A stretch of DNA of 64,000 bases from Promethearchaeia archaeon (GTDB lineage: Archaea > Asgardarchaeota > Lokiarchaeia > Sigyniarchaeales > SOKP01). The number at the start of each line of letters is the position of its first letter. Positions within the stretch are counted from its first letter, which is position 1. Shown in pieces: positions 28,113 to 37,840 of the stretch. Under the pieces are notes generated by a model. It had not been told where the DNA came from and did no database searches. It saw only the letters and a program-made list of their open reading frames with translations. Position numbers and translations under genes: made by a program. The DNA lies in NCBI GenBank assembly GCA_046483985.1, contig JAWOCD010000110.1, positions 1 through 64,000 on the forward strand, in the 5' to 3' direction.

Positions 28113-29633
28113 ATGACAGAAGAAACTCCAGAAGTAATCGAAGAAATTAAAGAACACGCCGTTTCGAAACCTGTTCCCTTTAAGGAAAAACTAGCGTATT
28201 CCTTTGGTCAAATGCCTGGAACTTTTTATGGAGGAGTTATGGGCGTCATTCAATCTTTTTACTATGGATGGATGGGTCTTCAAAACATTTGGATAATTAT
28301 TGCACAAATCATTTATGCGATTTGGAATGTGGCAAATGACCCTCTCTTTGGCCAGTTAATCAATAATACAAGAGTCTATAACAAACGGAGGGGAGAATAC
28401 CAGCGATATATCCCATATATTAAATATGGAGCTCCTTTGTTCAGTTTGGCGTTTGCAATAGTTTTCTTTCCGCCCGCTGCATGGAGAGGGAGCGAAGAAT
28501 TAACGGTTCAAGTGTGGCTATTTGTTTGGTATTTAGTCAGTCAGCTTGCATATGATACGATGTTTACACTGGTTTTATGTGCCCATGTTGCATTATTACC
28601 GCAGATGACATTGGAAAAGAAAGAACGGGAACAAATTCAAATATTATGTTCCATTTTCAGCCTTCCGGCAATTCTTCTGGGATTTCTCTTGCCAGTGATT
28701 TTTCTTGCCAATCCCACCGCGCAATCGGTGAGAAATTTCCAAATTTTAGTTATCGTAATAGCCATTTTTGGAGTTGTTCCTTATTGGATTTTATCTTACG
28801 TTGTCCATGAACACTCTGAACATATTCCAGAAGAAAAGAGGCCTTTAATAGAAAGTATGAAACTAGCCTTTAAAAATAAATCCTATCTCATCTATCTTAT
28901 CTATGATGCAGTTTCTGTATTTTTGCTCAACTTACTTATTGCGACTCTTCCGTTTTATTTAACTTGGGTGCTAGGAGAATTGGGGACTGACATGTTATTG
29001 TTTTGGATTGGTCCAATAATTTGTCTCTTTTTATCAATATATATTGAACTGAAACTTGCAGAAAAGTTTTCCACTAAGGCGGCCCTTAGCTATTATTTAG
29101 GAGTGACAGCGTTTGGATTTTTATTCACGTTCTTTGTTTTTTTCACATATAATTGGGTATTGATTTCGGTTGGCTTTTCCATTGTAATGCTTGCCTTTTC
29201 AGGTGATTTCATCTTCCATAACCCCATGCGGGCTGATACGATTGATTACGATTTCTGGAAAATCTCGGGCGAACGACGAGAAGGTTTATATGCGGGTATA
29301 GGTCCCCTCCTCAGTAAGCCAATGATAAGCGTAGCTCTGGCCACACCTACTACTTTGATGACTTTATTTGGTTTGAAAAACGTAGAAGGAACATTAACAC
29401 CAACGCAAGGAATCGAAAATGCAATGTTGAGTTTAAATATTGCAATGGGACTCATCCCCGGATTAGTAGCATTAATTGGTTTTATTATTTGGGTTAAATT
29501 TTATCCGCTCACAGGAGAAGTTGTTGAAGAAATGAAAAATGAACTACGCACGATTCACGAAGAGAAGCGGAGGAATTACTTGGAAGAATTAAAGGAGTCA
29601 AGAGAATCTGAAGAATCAAAACCTTCGAATTAA
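28113..29633 (+). CDS. MFS transporter, glycoside-pentoside-hexuronide (MFS_2) family
   Basis: WNVANDPLFG, ADTIDYD...GERREGLYAG, YPLT. Confidence 0.9.
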   Translation: MTEETPEVIEEIKEHAVSKPVPFKEKLAYSFGQMPGTFYGGVMGVIQSFYYGWMGLQNIWIIIAQIIYAIWNVANDPLFGQLINNTRVYNKRRGEYQRYIPYIKYGAPLFSLAFAIVFFPPAAWRGSEELTVQVWLFVWYLVSQLAYDTMFTLVLCAHVALLPQMTLEKKEREQIQILCSIFSLPAILLGFLLPVIFLANPTAQSVRNFQILVIVIAIFGVVPYWILSYVVHEHSEHIPEEKRPLIESMKLAFKNKSYLIYLIYDAVSVFLLNLLIATLPFYLTWVLGELGTDMLLFWIGPIICLFLSIYIELKLAEKFSTKAALSYYLGVTAFGFLFTFFVFFTYNWVLISVGFSIVMLAFSGDFIFHNPMRADTIDYDFWKISGERREGLYAGIGPLLSKPMISVALATPTTLMTLFGLKNVEGTLTPTQGIENAMLSLNIAMGLIPGLVALIGFIIWVKFYPLTGEVVEEMKNELRTIHEEKRRNYLEELKESRESEESKPSN

Positions 29634-29776
29634 TAACTAAATCCGATCTTTTCTTTTCTCCCCCATCTTTTTTATAATTTCCGTATTCTTAATTCATCAT
29701 CATATAATTTTTATGTAGGAAGATTTCTTATTCTAAAATAGAATCTAAATTAAAAATATAGAAAGGAAATAAAAAA

Positions 29777-30757
29777 ATGCCAAAAATTAAACTCTCTCGA
29801 TGGCTAGAAAAGAATGTCCCTCATCATTTCCCTCATAGAGGAGAGTTAATTGAAATTATTGATATTATTGCTGAGGCTACAGTTCCAATCCGTGGATTAC
29901 TAGAGCGTGGTATAGCCTCACGAGAATTACAATCACGAATGAATTTAGAAGAACCCGAAGAAGGAAAAAAGAACATATACCAAGAGGAGCAAATTCATGA
30001 AGATATGCTTACTCATTCCATAATCTTAAAAGCCTTAAAAGACGGGAATATTGATTTCTCATTCGTAGCTTCGGAAGAGTCCAAACCCCTTCTCGGAAAT
30101 GGACATTTTGGTATTACCACCGATCCCGTAGATGGATCCTCAAATGTTGCTGTAAATCGAACTGTTGGAACGATCGTTGGCATTTATAATGAAGAAGGAG
30201 AGATTATCTGTAGCTTTTATGCGTTGTATGGGATTTTTACAAACTTAATCATTGCTCTAAATGGAAAAGTGGCAGAATTCATTCTGGACACCGTTCCGTA
30301 TTCGATGACCTTTTACCATTATGTCTTTAAAGACGAAATAGTTATGCCAAATAAGGATTCGGGGGGTATACGATGCCTCGGAGGAGATCCTGCTGAGTGG
30401 CCGGAAAAATGCAAAGAATATAAAAAACTATTAATTGAAAAAAGCTTTAAAGACAGATATAGCGGTAGCTTCGTGGGAGACTTTCACGCAATCACATATT
30501 ATGGAGGAGTTTATTCCTATTTTCCTTCGCCGAAGGGAAAAATCCGGCTCTACTATGAATGGCTTCCGTTAGCGTTTATTGCCCGAACCTTGGGGGGAGA
30601 CTTTCTTATCATCGAGGAGGAGCAAGCCGATGTGGATTTTCGCCCTATGGAGTCAATGACACCATTGACAAAGCATAACATTAAGGAAATCCATTCTAAT
30701 ACTTGCGGGGGGTTAATTGGAAGCAAACAAGCAGTAGATTTTTTTAAAACCCTTTAA
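29777..30757 (+). CDS. fbp: Fructose-1,6-bisphosphatase class I
   Basis: ASEE, DPVDGSSN, GTIVGI, RYSGSFVGDFH, GKIRLYYE. Confidence 0.88.
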   Translation: MPKIKLSRWLEKNVPHHFPHRGELIEIIDIIAEATVPIRGLLERGIASRELQSRMNLEEPEEGKKNIYQEEQIHEDMLTHSIILKALKDGNIDFSFVASEESKPLLGNGHFGITTDPVDGSSNVAVNRTVGTIVGIYNEEGEIICSFYALYGIFTNLIIALNGKVAEFILDTVPYSMTFYHYVFKDEIVMPNKDSGGIRCLGGDPAEWPEKCKEYKKLLIEKSFKDRYSGSFVGDFHAITYYGGVYSYFPSPKGKIRLYYEWLPLAFIARTLGGDFLIIEEEQADVDFRPMESMTPLTKHNIKEIHSNTCGGLIGSKQAVDFFKTL

Positions 30758-30788
30758 CTTTCCCTAATTTATTTTATTAGATCGTTAA

Positions 30789-32030
30789 ATGATTATTATG
30801 GAGAAAAAAAATCTTATTACAAAACAGGAGGGATTAGTCCAGTTTTATTTATTTAAAGGGGATCAGCGTTCAATACCCTCAAAATCCATGAATGTGTTTT
30901 ATAATAAAAAGATGCGCATCAACCGAGATATGACCAGTTTGGCAATTAATGCTTATAATCAATTTATAAACCCCAATGGGTTAAGAGTTATTGACGCCAT
31001 GGCGGCGTCTGGTGTGGGAGCAATTAGAATGCTAAAAGAATCCCAGAATATTGAAAAGATATATATTAACGATATTAATCCAACGGCTGTAGAACTAATT
31101 CGAAAAAATCTGAAATTAAATTCCCTTTCAGAAAAAGATTCAAATATTGAGGTATCCCGAAAAGATGCCAACTTTCTCTTTAATGAACTTTCTCAGCGAT
31201 ATCTCATTCAAGAAAAACCCAACATCTGGAAGCCAAATGTTATTTCGATTGATCCGTTCGGGACGCCCAATTTATATTTGGATGCTGCAGTAAAACTTAT
31301 TCAAAAACAAGATGGTTTATTCTGTATTACTGCCACAGATACTGCTGTTCTCTTTGGAGTTCGCTCTAAAGCATGTCAGCGAAAGTATATGGCTAAACCC
31401 CTTCACAATGATTTTTGTAAAGAAATCGGTGCCCGAATTTTGTTTTATTTTCTCTCTCGTTTGGCAAACTTTAACGGAATCGGGATAAAGCCCTTGCTTG
31501 TCTTTTATCATGCTCATTTTGTCCGAATTTTTGGACTTACGTATAAAAATAAAAATAAAATTGCTGAAAATTCTAAATTGTTTGGATATCTTATCCATTG
31601 TCGTAATTGCGATTACCGTGTTCCCATGGATTGCGATATTTTAGACATTCCTTCCCGATGTCCTAATTGTGGTAAAGCTGAAACCTTAGACTATGCGGGA
31701 CCGTTATGGATTGGGAAATTGCATGATAAAAAATTCGTCAAGATTCTATTAAAATCAAACAGATCGGTGACCTTCATTCAAAAGGATAAGCTGGATAAAT
31801 TGTTATCGATTATAGCAGAGGAAACAAATATGCCAATTTCCTATTATGATATTCATAAATTGAGCAAAAAATTACACTTAACCCATGTGCCGAAAATGGA
31901 AGATTTACTCCGTTTTATCAGAGAGCAAGGGTTTTCAGCTTCCCGTACCCATTTTGAGTATACAGCAATTAAAACTGATATGGATATCTCCCAGCTGAAA
32001 GAAATTTTATTAGAAATGGAAAACTCATGA
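30789..32030 (+). CDS. trm1: tRNA (guanine26-N2)-dimethyltransferase
   Basis: VFYN..M..NRD, DAMAASGV, IDPFGTP, TATD, AGPLW.G, SRTHF. Confidence 0.95.
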   Translation: MIIMEKKNLITKQEGLVQFYLFKGDQRSIPSKSMNVFYNKKMRINRDMTSLAINAYNQFINPNGLRVIDAMAASGVGAIRMLKESQNIEKIYINDINPTAVELIRKNLKLNSLSEKDSNIEVSRKDANFLFNELSQRYLIQEKPNIWKPNVISIDPFGTPNLYLDAAVKLIQKQDGLFCITATDTAVLFGVRSKACQRKYMAKPLHNDFCKEIGARILFYFLSRLANFNGIGIKPLLVFYHAHFVRIFGLTYKNKNKIAENSKLFGYLIHCRNCDYRVPMDCDILDIPSRCPNCGKAETLDYAGPLWIGKLHDKKFVKILLKSNRSVTFIQKDKLDKLLSIIAEETNMPISYYDIHKLSKKLHLTHVPKMEDLLRFIREQGFSASRTHFEYTAIKTDMDISQLKEILLEMENS

Positions 32031-32043
32031 GAATAAAGAGCTA

Positions 32044-32676
32044 ATGTCAGAACGTCACAAACAAGATAAATATTATAAGAAGGCCAAGCGACAGAATTAT
32101 CGAGCACGTTCAGCTTATAAATTATTAGATATTCAGAAACGTTTTTCAATTTTCGAACGGGCATTTTATATTATTGATATTGGGAGCCACCCGGGATCTT
32201 GGCTACAAGTCGCTCAAGATTATGCGGAGCAGAATATAGAGAAATACAAAAATGATAGATATTACTCATTAGATCATTACAAGATTCTGGGAGTAGATAT
32301 AAAACATGTATCCCCGATTGAGGGAGTAGAAACGCTAAAAATGGACGCGACCGATCCTGAATTTAAACAAAAAATTAGAGATTTCTTTTCGGGAAAAAAG
32401 GTTGATTTACTTCTCTCGGATGCAAGTATTAAAAAAATCGGGAATCAATTTAGTGATCATGTGCGGCAGATTAATCTTTGTTCTAAGATTTTGGACTTGG
32501 CTTCAGAATTCCTAAAAAAACAAGGGAGATTCGTTGTAAAAGCATTCAGAGGACAAGATTTCTCAAAATTCCGTAATAGTGTGAAATCTGTCTTTCAAAA
32601 TGTAAACGTATATAAGCCTAAAGCTTCTAAAAAACACAGTAATGAGATTTATATCGTAGCAAAAAAGAAAAGATAA
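32044..32676 (+). CDS. rlmE: 23S rRNA Um2552 methyltransferase (RlmE/FtsJ)
   Basis: YRARSAYKL, DIGSHPGSW, LSD, VKAFRG, KPKAS...SNEIY. Confidence 0.94.
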   Translation: MSERHKQDKYYKKAKRQNYRARSAYKLLDIQKRFSIFERAFYIIDIGSHPGSWLQVAQDYAEQNIEKYKNDRYYSLDHYKILGVDIKHVSPIEGVETLKMDATDPEFKQKIRDFFSGKKVDLLLSDASIKKIGNQFSDHVRQINLCSKILDLASEFLKKQGRFVVKAFRGQDFSKFRNSVKSVFQNVNVYKPKASKKHSNEIYIVAKKKR

Positions 32677-32677
32677 A

Positions 32678-33304
32678 TTATGATTCTTGGTCCAATCTTG
32701 CTTTTATTTCTTCGAAATTTATATTGAATTCCTTTTCGCCTTCCATGGATACTTGAATCCAACGCATTAAGAAGGGACAATGCTTAGGATTAAAGATTTC
32801 TTGGTTTGTATCATTACATCTTTCTGTGAAAGGACAAATAAAACACGGAACTCTTCGAAATAGGTTCCATACAAAATCATCTTTCTTCCTATTAACCTTT
32901 ACCCCTCCTAATTCAACCTCATTTGTTAATTGTTGATTCCATCGGATAATTTTAGTCCACGAACCTTCCATGAGATCACGCTTTACCTTAACAGTATCTC
33001 GTAACTGGAGCACTTCCAAAATATCATCTAATTCTTCGTATGTATTTCCTACTTTGTCTTGTAGTTCTCGAAATTCAACCTTTCCTTCTTCTTTTATTAT
33101 CTCTAATACTTCTTTCTCTTTTTTATTTAACTTTCGATTCAATAACTTTTTACGTGCTTCCATTCGTTCCTTTCTACGTTCAGCATCTGACTTTTGATCT
33201 ACTTCTGCCTCAAGACGTGCCTTTACTTTGCATTTATGACGTGAAAGATACACGTACCATTTCCCACAGTATGGGCACTGTTCTTTCTTTTTTTTACGAG
33301 CCAA
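32678..33304 (-). CDS. RPC34-like / TFE-beta homolog (winged helix + C-terminal Fe-S motif) with N-terminal zinc finger
   Basis: CPYCGKWYVYLSRHKC N-terminus, wHTH-like middle, PCFICPFTERC...PKHCP..W. Confidence 0.7.
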   Translation of the reverse strand: MARKKKKEQCPYCGKWYVYLSRHKCKVKARLEAEVDQKSDAERRKERMEARKKLLNRKLNKKEKEVLEIIKEEGKVEFRELQDKVGNTYEELDDILEVLQLRDTVKVKRDLMEGSWTKIIRWNQQLTNEVELGGVKVNRKKDDFVWNLFRRVPCFICPFTERCNDTNQEIFNPKHCPFLMRWIQVSMEGEKEFNINFEEIKARLDQES

Positions 33305-33470
33305 TTTTTAATCATTCCGCAATAGATTTTTATTAAAATAATTCTCTACAAATTCTTCTTTTATAAAAAGAATTGATCAAAATTAATCTTTTGGTTTTGA
33401 ATGAGCTAACTTTTAAGAAATATTATAATTATAATCATGTTAGACATTTTTCAACTTTGAGTAGAATGAC

Positions 33471-34334
33471 ATGAAGCTTAAAAATATTTTAAATATTAAG
33501 GAACGAAATCTGATAAAAAAAGATAAATTGATGCAAAAGATCCAAACTTCTCAAAAATTTCACAACTTGTTCATTCCAACGAATTCTCAAAATTTTGATG
33601 GGATATTAGGAAATGGCTTTTTAGTAGGTGCGAAATATTTGATGTTTGGGGCGAACCGAACGGGTAAAACCCAATTTGCTCATCATATATGTGTCCAGTT
33701 TTATAAGGTATTGCAAAACTCGTCCTTTAAAAAACAGATTTCCAAAAAATATAATCTTCAGGAGGAATTCATTTTTGATGAGGGGCGAATCTATTTTTTG
33801 GATTGTGAGAACACATTTCGACCAGAGCGGATTGAAGGTATTGCAACAGCCCAAAACCTTCCTTATATGGAAATCTTGAATATGATTCAAGTATCAAAGA
33901 TTTATAACCTTAATGCACTTCTAAAAAAAATCAAAGAAATTCGAAAGATACCATCTGATCGGAAACCTCTTCTTTTGATAATTGATTCAATTAACAAATA
34001 TTATCGGGGAGGGATTACAGATGAGATGTTAACTTTTCATAAGACTCAAGAACTTATGAAAGAACTCCTAACAGAAATTCATATGCTCCACGAAACTACG
34101 CGGGTTTCCATCCTTGCAACGGCGCAAGTATCCGCTGTATTTGCGGAAGAGGCCTTGATAAAGGAACTTCCCACGGGCAATAGATTCCTAAACCAAATCT
34201 TTTCCGAATATGTGTATTTACAAGTAGATGACCGAGACCTGCGGTACGCGCAGTTAGTAAATTCCTCCCGCTTTCCAGAAAAACGACTCAGATTTCAGCT
34301 TACCGAAAAAGGCATAGAGGATTATAACATTTAG
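33471..34334 (+). CDS. RadA/Rad51 paralog (core ATPase only)
   Basis: DGILGNG, GANRTGKTQFAH, DCENTFRPERI, LLIIDSI, LTEKGIED. Confidence 0.85.
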   Translation: MKLKNILNIKERNLIKKDKLMQKIQTSQKFHNLFIPTNSQNFDGILGNGFLVGAKYLMFGANRTGKTQFAHHICVQFYKVLQNSSFKKQISKKYNLQEEFIFDEGRIYFLDCENTFRPERIEGIATAQNLPYMEILNMIQVSKIYNLNALLKKIKEIRKIPSDRKPLLLIIDSINKYYRGGITDEMLTFHKTQELMKELLTEIHMLHETTRVSILATAQVSAVFAEEALIKELPTGNRFLNQIFSEYVYLQVDDRDLRYAQLVNSSRFPEKRLRFQLTEKGIEDYNI

Positions 34335-34347
34335 AATACCCTTGAGG

Positions 34348-35265
34348 TTAATCTTGATTTAAGGTATATTCTTTAGATTTTTTCACTAATTTTATAAAAT
34401 CTTCTATGGTTATTGCGGAGAATTCTTCTAATCTTTTCTTAGGCTCCACAAAATAGCACTGATTCGGTATTTCATCAATGACCCTTTTGATTAGAAGACG
34501 AGCATAGTGCAATTTTTTCTTTTTTATTTTGTTTGCTTTTTTATCTGTGTGGAATTCCGATTTTGAATATTTTCCCACAGATGATCCAAAATCCATCCCG
34601 AAAAAGCAAATTTTTTGTGAAGGCAAGAGGAGATTTTTTAGGAAGAATATGATCCGATCGCCGTCTGTAAATCCCCCGGGATTAATGATTAAGTGTTCTG
34701 CTTTTACTTGTCCAGTACCTATTATCTTATGTTTTTTCCTAATTTCCTCCTTAAACATTCTTAATTTCTCTGTATTGTCTCCGTGTGCATGAACAATGAG
34801 GTACGTTCCATAGCGAAATTCCTTTGAGGTTATTCCATCTAAGTCGGTGAATATCCCATCAAGGAATATTTTTTTTTTTCTTAGAAACACAGATCCGCCA
34901 TCTGCGGCTAAATTTATCGTGTATTTGAATATATTTTTATGAGAGGTTTGAATCAATTTGTTGATACAAGATTCCAATGAAGGACCCGCACCGAAGATAC
35001 ATATCACTGGTTTCTTTTGTATTTGGTGGTGAAATGCGTGAATTATCTTTTCTCTATCCCAATCTTTTCCCTTTTTTTCTAACAACCGATTCAGATATTT
35101 TTGAGCTTCTTTATCCTTTTGTTGGTCGAAATTGAAGTCTTGCACTATCTGATAGTATGTTTCCTTAAAAGCGCTAAAATTATTTAGTAGATCTGCATAC
35201 TCTCTGCTTTTTGCGGGTCTTTTTTTCATCTTTTTGGATGTATATTTTTTATCTATATTGCTCAA
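34348..35265 (-). CDS. mptE: 6-hydroxymethyl-7,8-dihydropterin pyrophosphokinase (MptE, DUF115)
   Basis: GAGPSL, AADG, TDLDG, VHAHGDN, GGFTDGDR, GMDFG. Confidence 0.9.
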   Translation of the reverse strand: MSNIDKKYTSKKMKKRPAKSREYADLLNNFSAFKETYYQIVQDFNFDQQKDKEAQKYLNRLLEKKGKDWDREKIIHAFHHQIQKKPVICIFGAGPSLESCINKLIQTSHKNIFKYTINLAADGGSVFLRKKKIFLDGIFTDLDGITSKEFRYGTYLIVHAHGDNTEKLRMFKEEIRKKHKIIGTGQVKAEHLIINPGGFTDGDRIIFFLKNLLLPSQKICFFGMDFGSSVGKYSKSEFHTDKKANKIKKKKLHYARLLIKRVIDEIPNQCYFVEPKKRLEEFSAITIEDFIKLVKKSKEYTLNQD

Positions 35266-35418
35266 TTTTTCTTATCAATCTTTTTTTTCAAGACTATTTA
35301 ATATTCAAGTGAATTTAAAATTTGGAAAAATATATTTAAATTTTATTTTATTATTGTAAAACATACCAATTAATTAATTGAAAAAAATTAACTTATAAAA
35401 AACGAGATGTATTAAGAA

Positions 35419-35838
35419 ATGAGCGAAATTAAAGACGGATTGCACTATACTAAGACGCACCAATGGTATAATCCCGATACGAACAAAGTTGGACTCACAG
35501 CATACGCAGCAGATTCTTTAGGAGAGATTTCATTTGTTGATTTGGATGCCATTAGGGGAGAAGATCTTTCTCAAGTTGAGATGGATGGGGATGAACCTTC
35601 CAGTGCTCCTATCGATGCAATGGTAGAAAGTAACAAAGCCGTTGGCGATATCTTCAGCCCCCTTTCAGGAAATGTAACAGCAATTAATGATGAATTATTA
35701 GACTTTCCTGAAAAAGTAAATGATGATCCTTATGGAGAGGGTTGGCTTTTTGAACTCGATCCTTCGGACTTTGATGGCGAGAAAGGGGAACTCCTTTCAG
35801 CCGACGAATATGCTGAATTTGTCGAAGGGTTAGATTAA
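35419..35838 (+). CDS. gcvH: Glycine cleavage system H protein (lipoyl carrier)
   Basis: YTKTHQW, GLTAYA..LGEI, VESNKA (lipoyl Lys), VNDDPYGEGW. Confidence 0.93.
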   Translation: MSEIKDGLHYTKTHQWYNPDTNKVGLTAYAADSLGEISFVDLDAIRGEDLSQVEMDGDEPSSAPIDAMVESNKAVGDIFSPLSGNVTAINDELLDFPEKVNDDPYGEGWLFELDPSDFDGEKGELLSADEYAEFVEGLD

Positions 35839-35936
35839 ACAAAAGCAATTTTAAGTATTAATTAATTTTCAATTCTCTCTTTTTTTCTTTTTTTTTACTA
35901 TTAGAAGTCTTAAATCCTATTAGCCATATTTAACTA

Positions 35937-37166
35937 GTGAATGTAATGAATTCTCAAGATTTTCAAATTGGATTAATTATTAATCCTATATCTGGGATGG
36001 GGGGTTCCGTTGGATTAAAGGGAACCGACGGCCGAAACATTCTTAAAAAAGCGGTAAAGATGGGCGCAAAACCCAATGCTACCAATCGCATGGAACATGT
36101 ACTCCAAGAATTGGAGATAATTAAATCCAAGTTAAGGTTTATCACATGTCCAAATGGAATGGGAGAAAGCGTGTTAAAAAAGGCAGGATTTAATTATACC
36201 TTAGTAGATTCGGTTCCTGTACCCGACCTAGAGCAAATAAAAGTAAAAGCGGAAATATCCGAGGATTCAAAACAAAAAACAATTTCAGCATTTAGTGAAA
36301 TAAAGGATATTTACGATACTCGGGCCTACCATACGAAACTTGCTGCAAAGATTATGAAGCAGATGGAACACATTAGACTAATAATCTTTGTTGGTGGGGA
36401 TGGCACAGCCAGAGATGTGTATGAAGAAGTCGATCAAGAGCTCCCGTGCTTGGGTATTCCCGCTGGAGTGAAGATCTATTCCAGTGTCTTTTCTTTAAAC
36501 CCCGAGAAAGCGGCCTCGTTAATCATGCGATATTTATGGGATGAAGCCGGGTTGAAAGAAGCAGAAGTATTGGATATCGATGAAGAAGAATTTCGAGAGG
36601 GGCATCTTGTGTCAAAATTATACGGATATCTCCTCACCCCCTTTGATCCCGGTTATAGACAACGTTCGAAATTAGGGACTCCGACTTCAGATTTGGATAA
36701 CCAAGAACGTATTGCAAAGCGTGTTATTGAACTCCTTGAAGACGATACATACTATTTTATCGGACCCGGAACGACCACAAAAGCGATCACCGATCGGCTT
36801 GACCAAGAAAAAACTGTGTTGGGGGTTGATTTATTACATAATCAGGAGATTATTGCAAAAGATCTAAATGAAACTCAAATTTTGAATTATATCAATGAAG
36901 GTAGTCCGGTAAAAATCATTATATCTCCGATCGGTCGTCAAGGGTTCATATTTGGCCGTGGAAATCTGCAATTTTCCCCTGAAGTGTTGCAAAAAGTGGG
37001 GTCGAAAAATATTATTATTCTCTCTACGCAATTCAAACTCCAAAAAATACCCAATCAGATTCTTCGATTAGATACCCGAGATCCTCAAGTTGATAAAGAA
37101 TTTGAGGGATTATACAAAGTAATCACGGATTATGACCAAATAAAGATATGCCGTGTTAAAAAATAA
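35937..37166 (+). CDS. ATP-NAD kinase family protein (AcoX-like)
   Basis: NPISGMGGSVGLKGTDG, GGDGTARD, GIPAGVKIYS, GRGNLQ. Confidence 0.9.
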   Translation: MNVMNSQDFQIGLIINPISGMGGSVGLKGTDGRNILKKAVKMGAKPNATNRMEHVLQELEIIKSKLRFITCPNGMGESVLKKAGFNYTLVDSVPVPDLEQIKVKAEISEDSKQKTISAFSEIKDIYDTRAYHTKLAAKIMKQMEHIRLIIFVGGDGTARDVYEEVDQELPCLGIPAGVKIYSSVFSLNPEKAASLIMRYLWDEAGLKEAEVLDIDEEEFREGHLVSKLYGYLLTPFDPGYRQRSKLGTPTSDLDNQERIAKRVIELLEDDTYYFIGPGTTTKAITDRLDQEKTVLGVDLLHNQEIIAKDLNETQILNYINEGSPVKIIISPIGRQGFIFGRGNLQFSPEVLQKVGSKNIIILSTQFKLQKIPNQILRLDTRDPQVDKEFEGLYKVITDYDQIKICRVKK

Positions 37167-37214
37167 ATTTTTGAGAGGATTCTACGGGGAAAAAGCATAT
37201 AACGTAAATTTTGC

Positions 37215-37745
37215 TCAAGCGTCAATATTGCCAGTCTTCACGCCAATCATATATTGAAGTAATACGAATGTGACAATAATAAACAGAAACCCAATGACTA
37301 AAATACGTAAAGCAATCTTTCTATCATATAGATGTTTACTGGCTTGATATAGCAAGATGAACCCTGTGGAATTAAGAAAGAGTAAGATGGAGGCAACAAT
37401 TGATTCGATGATAAAGGCATCACTCGTTGATGTGTATAAAAATATAGCATCACCGCTCCTATCTGCTCCAAGTGCGGGTACGTCCTTGTATACCAAATAT
37501 ACCACGCCCGTCTGCAAGATAAAAAGGATAGTATAAATTACGATAAGGGCCAAAGTTTTTGAAGGCATCGGAATAGAAATGCGCCGAGTTTTTAATTTCG
37601 GGAATTTTATTTTAGGTTTTCGCAGCGCCTTTCCGAATATCCATGGAGTTTTTTCTTTTAATTTCTCTCCAATGGTTTCTGAACCGATACTATAATCATT
37701 AACTTTTTTACTTCGATTCTTAATCTGCCTTCTCTTTGACGACAT
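37215..37745 (-). CDS. OSTC/DC2 (OST3/OST6 TM-like) oligosaccharyltransferase accessory subunit
   Basis: MPS...GVVY....P.LG...F...AFIIES..S.L....GFILL pattern with 3 TMs, matching my recollection of eukaryotic DC2. Confidence 0.72.
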   Translation of the reverse strand: MSSKRRQIKNRSKKVNDYSIGSETIGEKLKEKTPWIFGKALRKPKIKFPKLKTRRISIPMPSKTLALIVIYTILFILQTGVVYLVYKDVPALGADRSGDAIFLYTSTSDAFIIESIVASILLFLNSTGFILLYQASKHLYDRKIALRILVIGFLFIIVTFVLLQYMIGVKTGNIDA

Positions 37746-37840
37746 TTCAATCTCATATACAAATTATAATTGATATCTAGATAGAGTAATATGTTTCTAT
37801 TTAAAATATTTTATTGAAATAATGTGAAAATGTTTGGATA

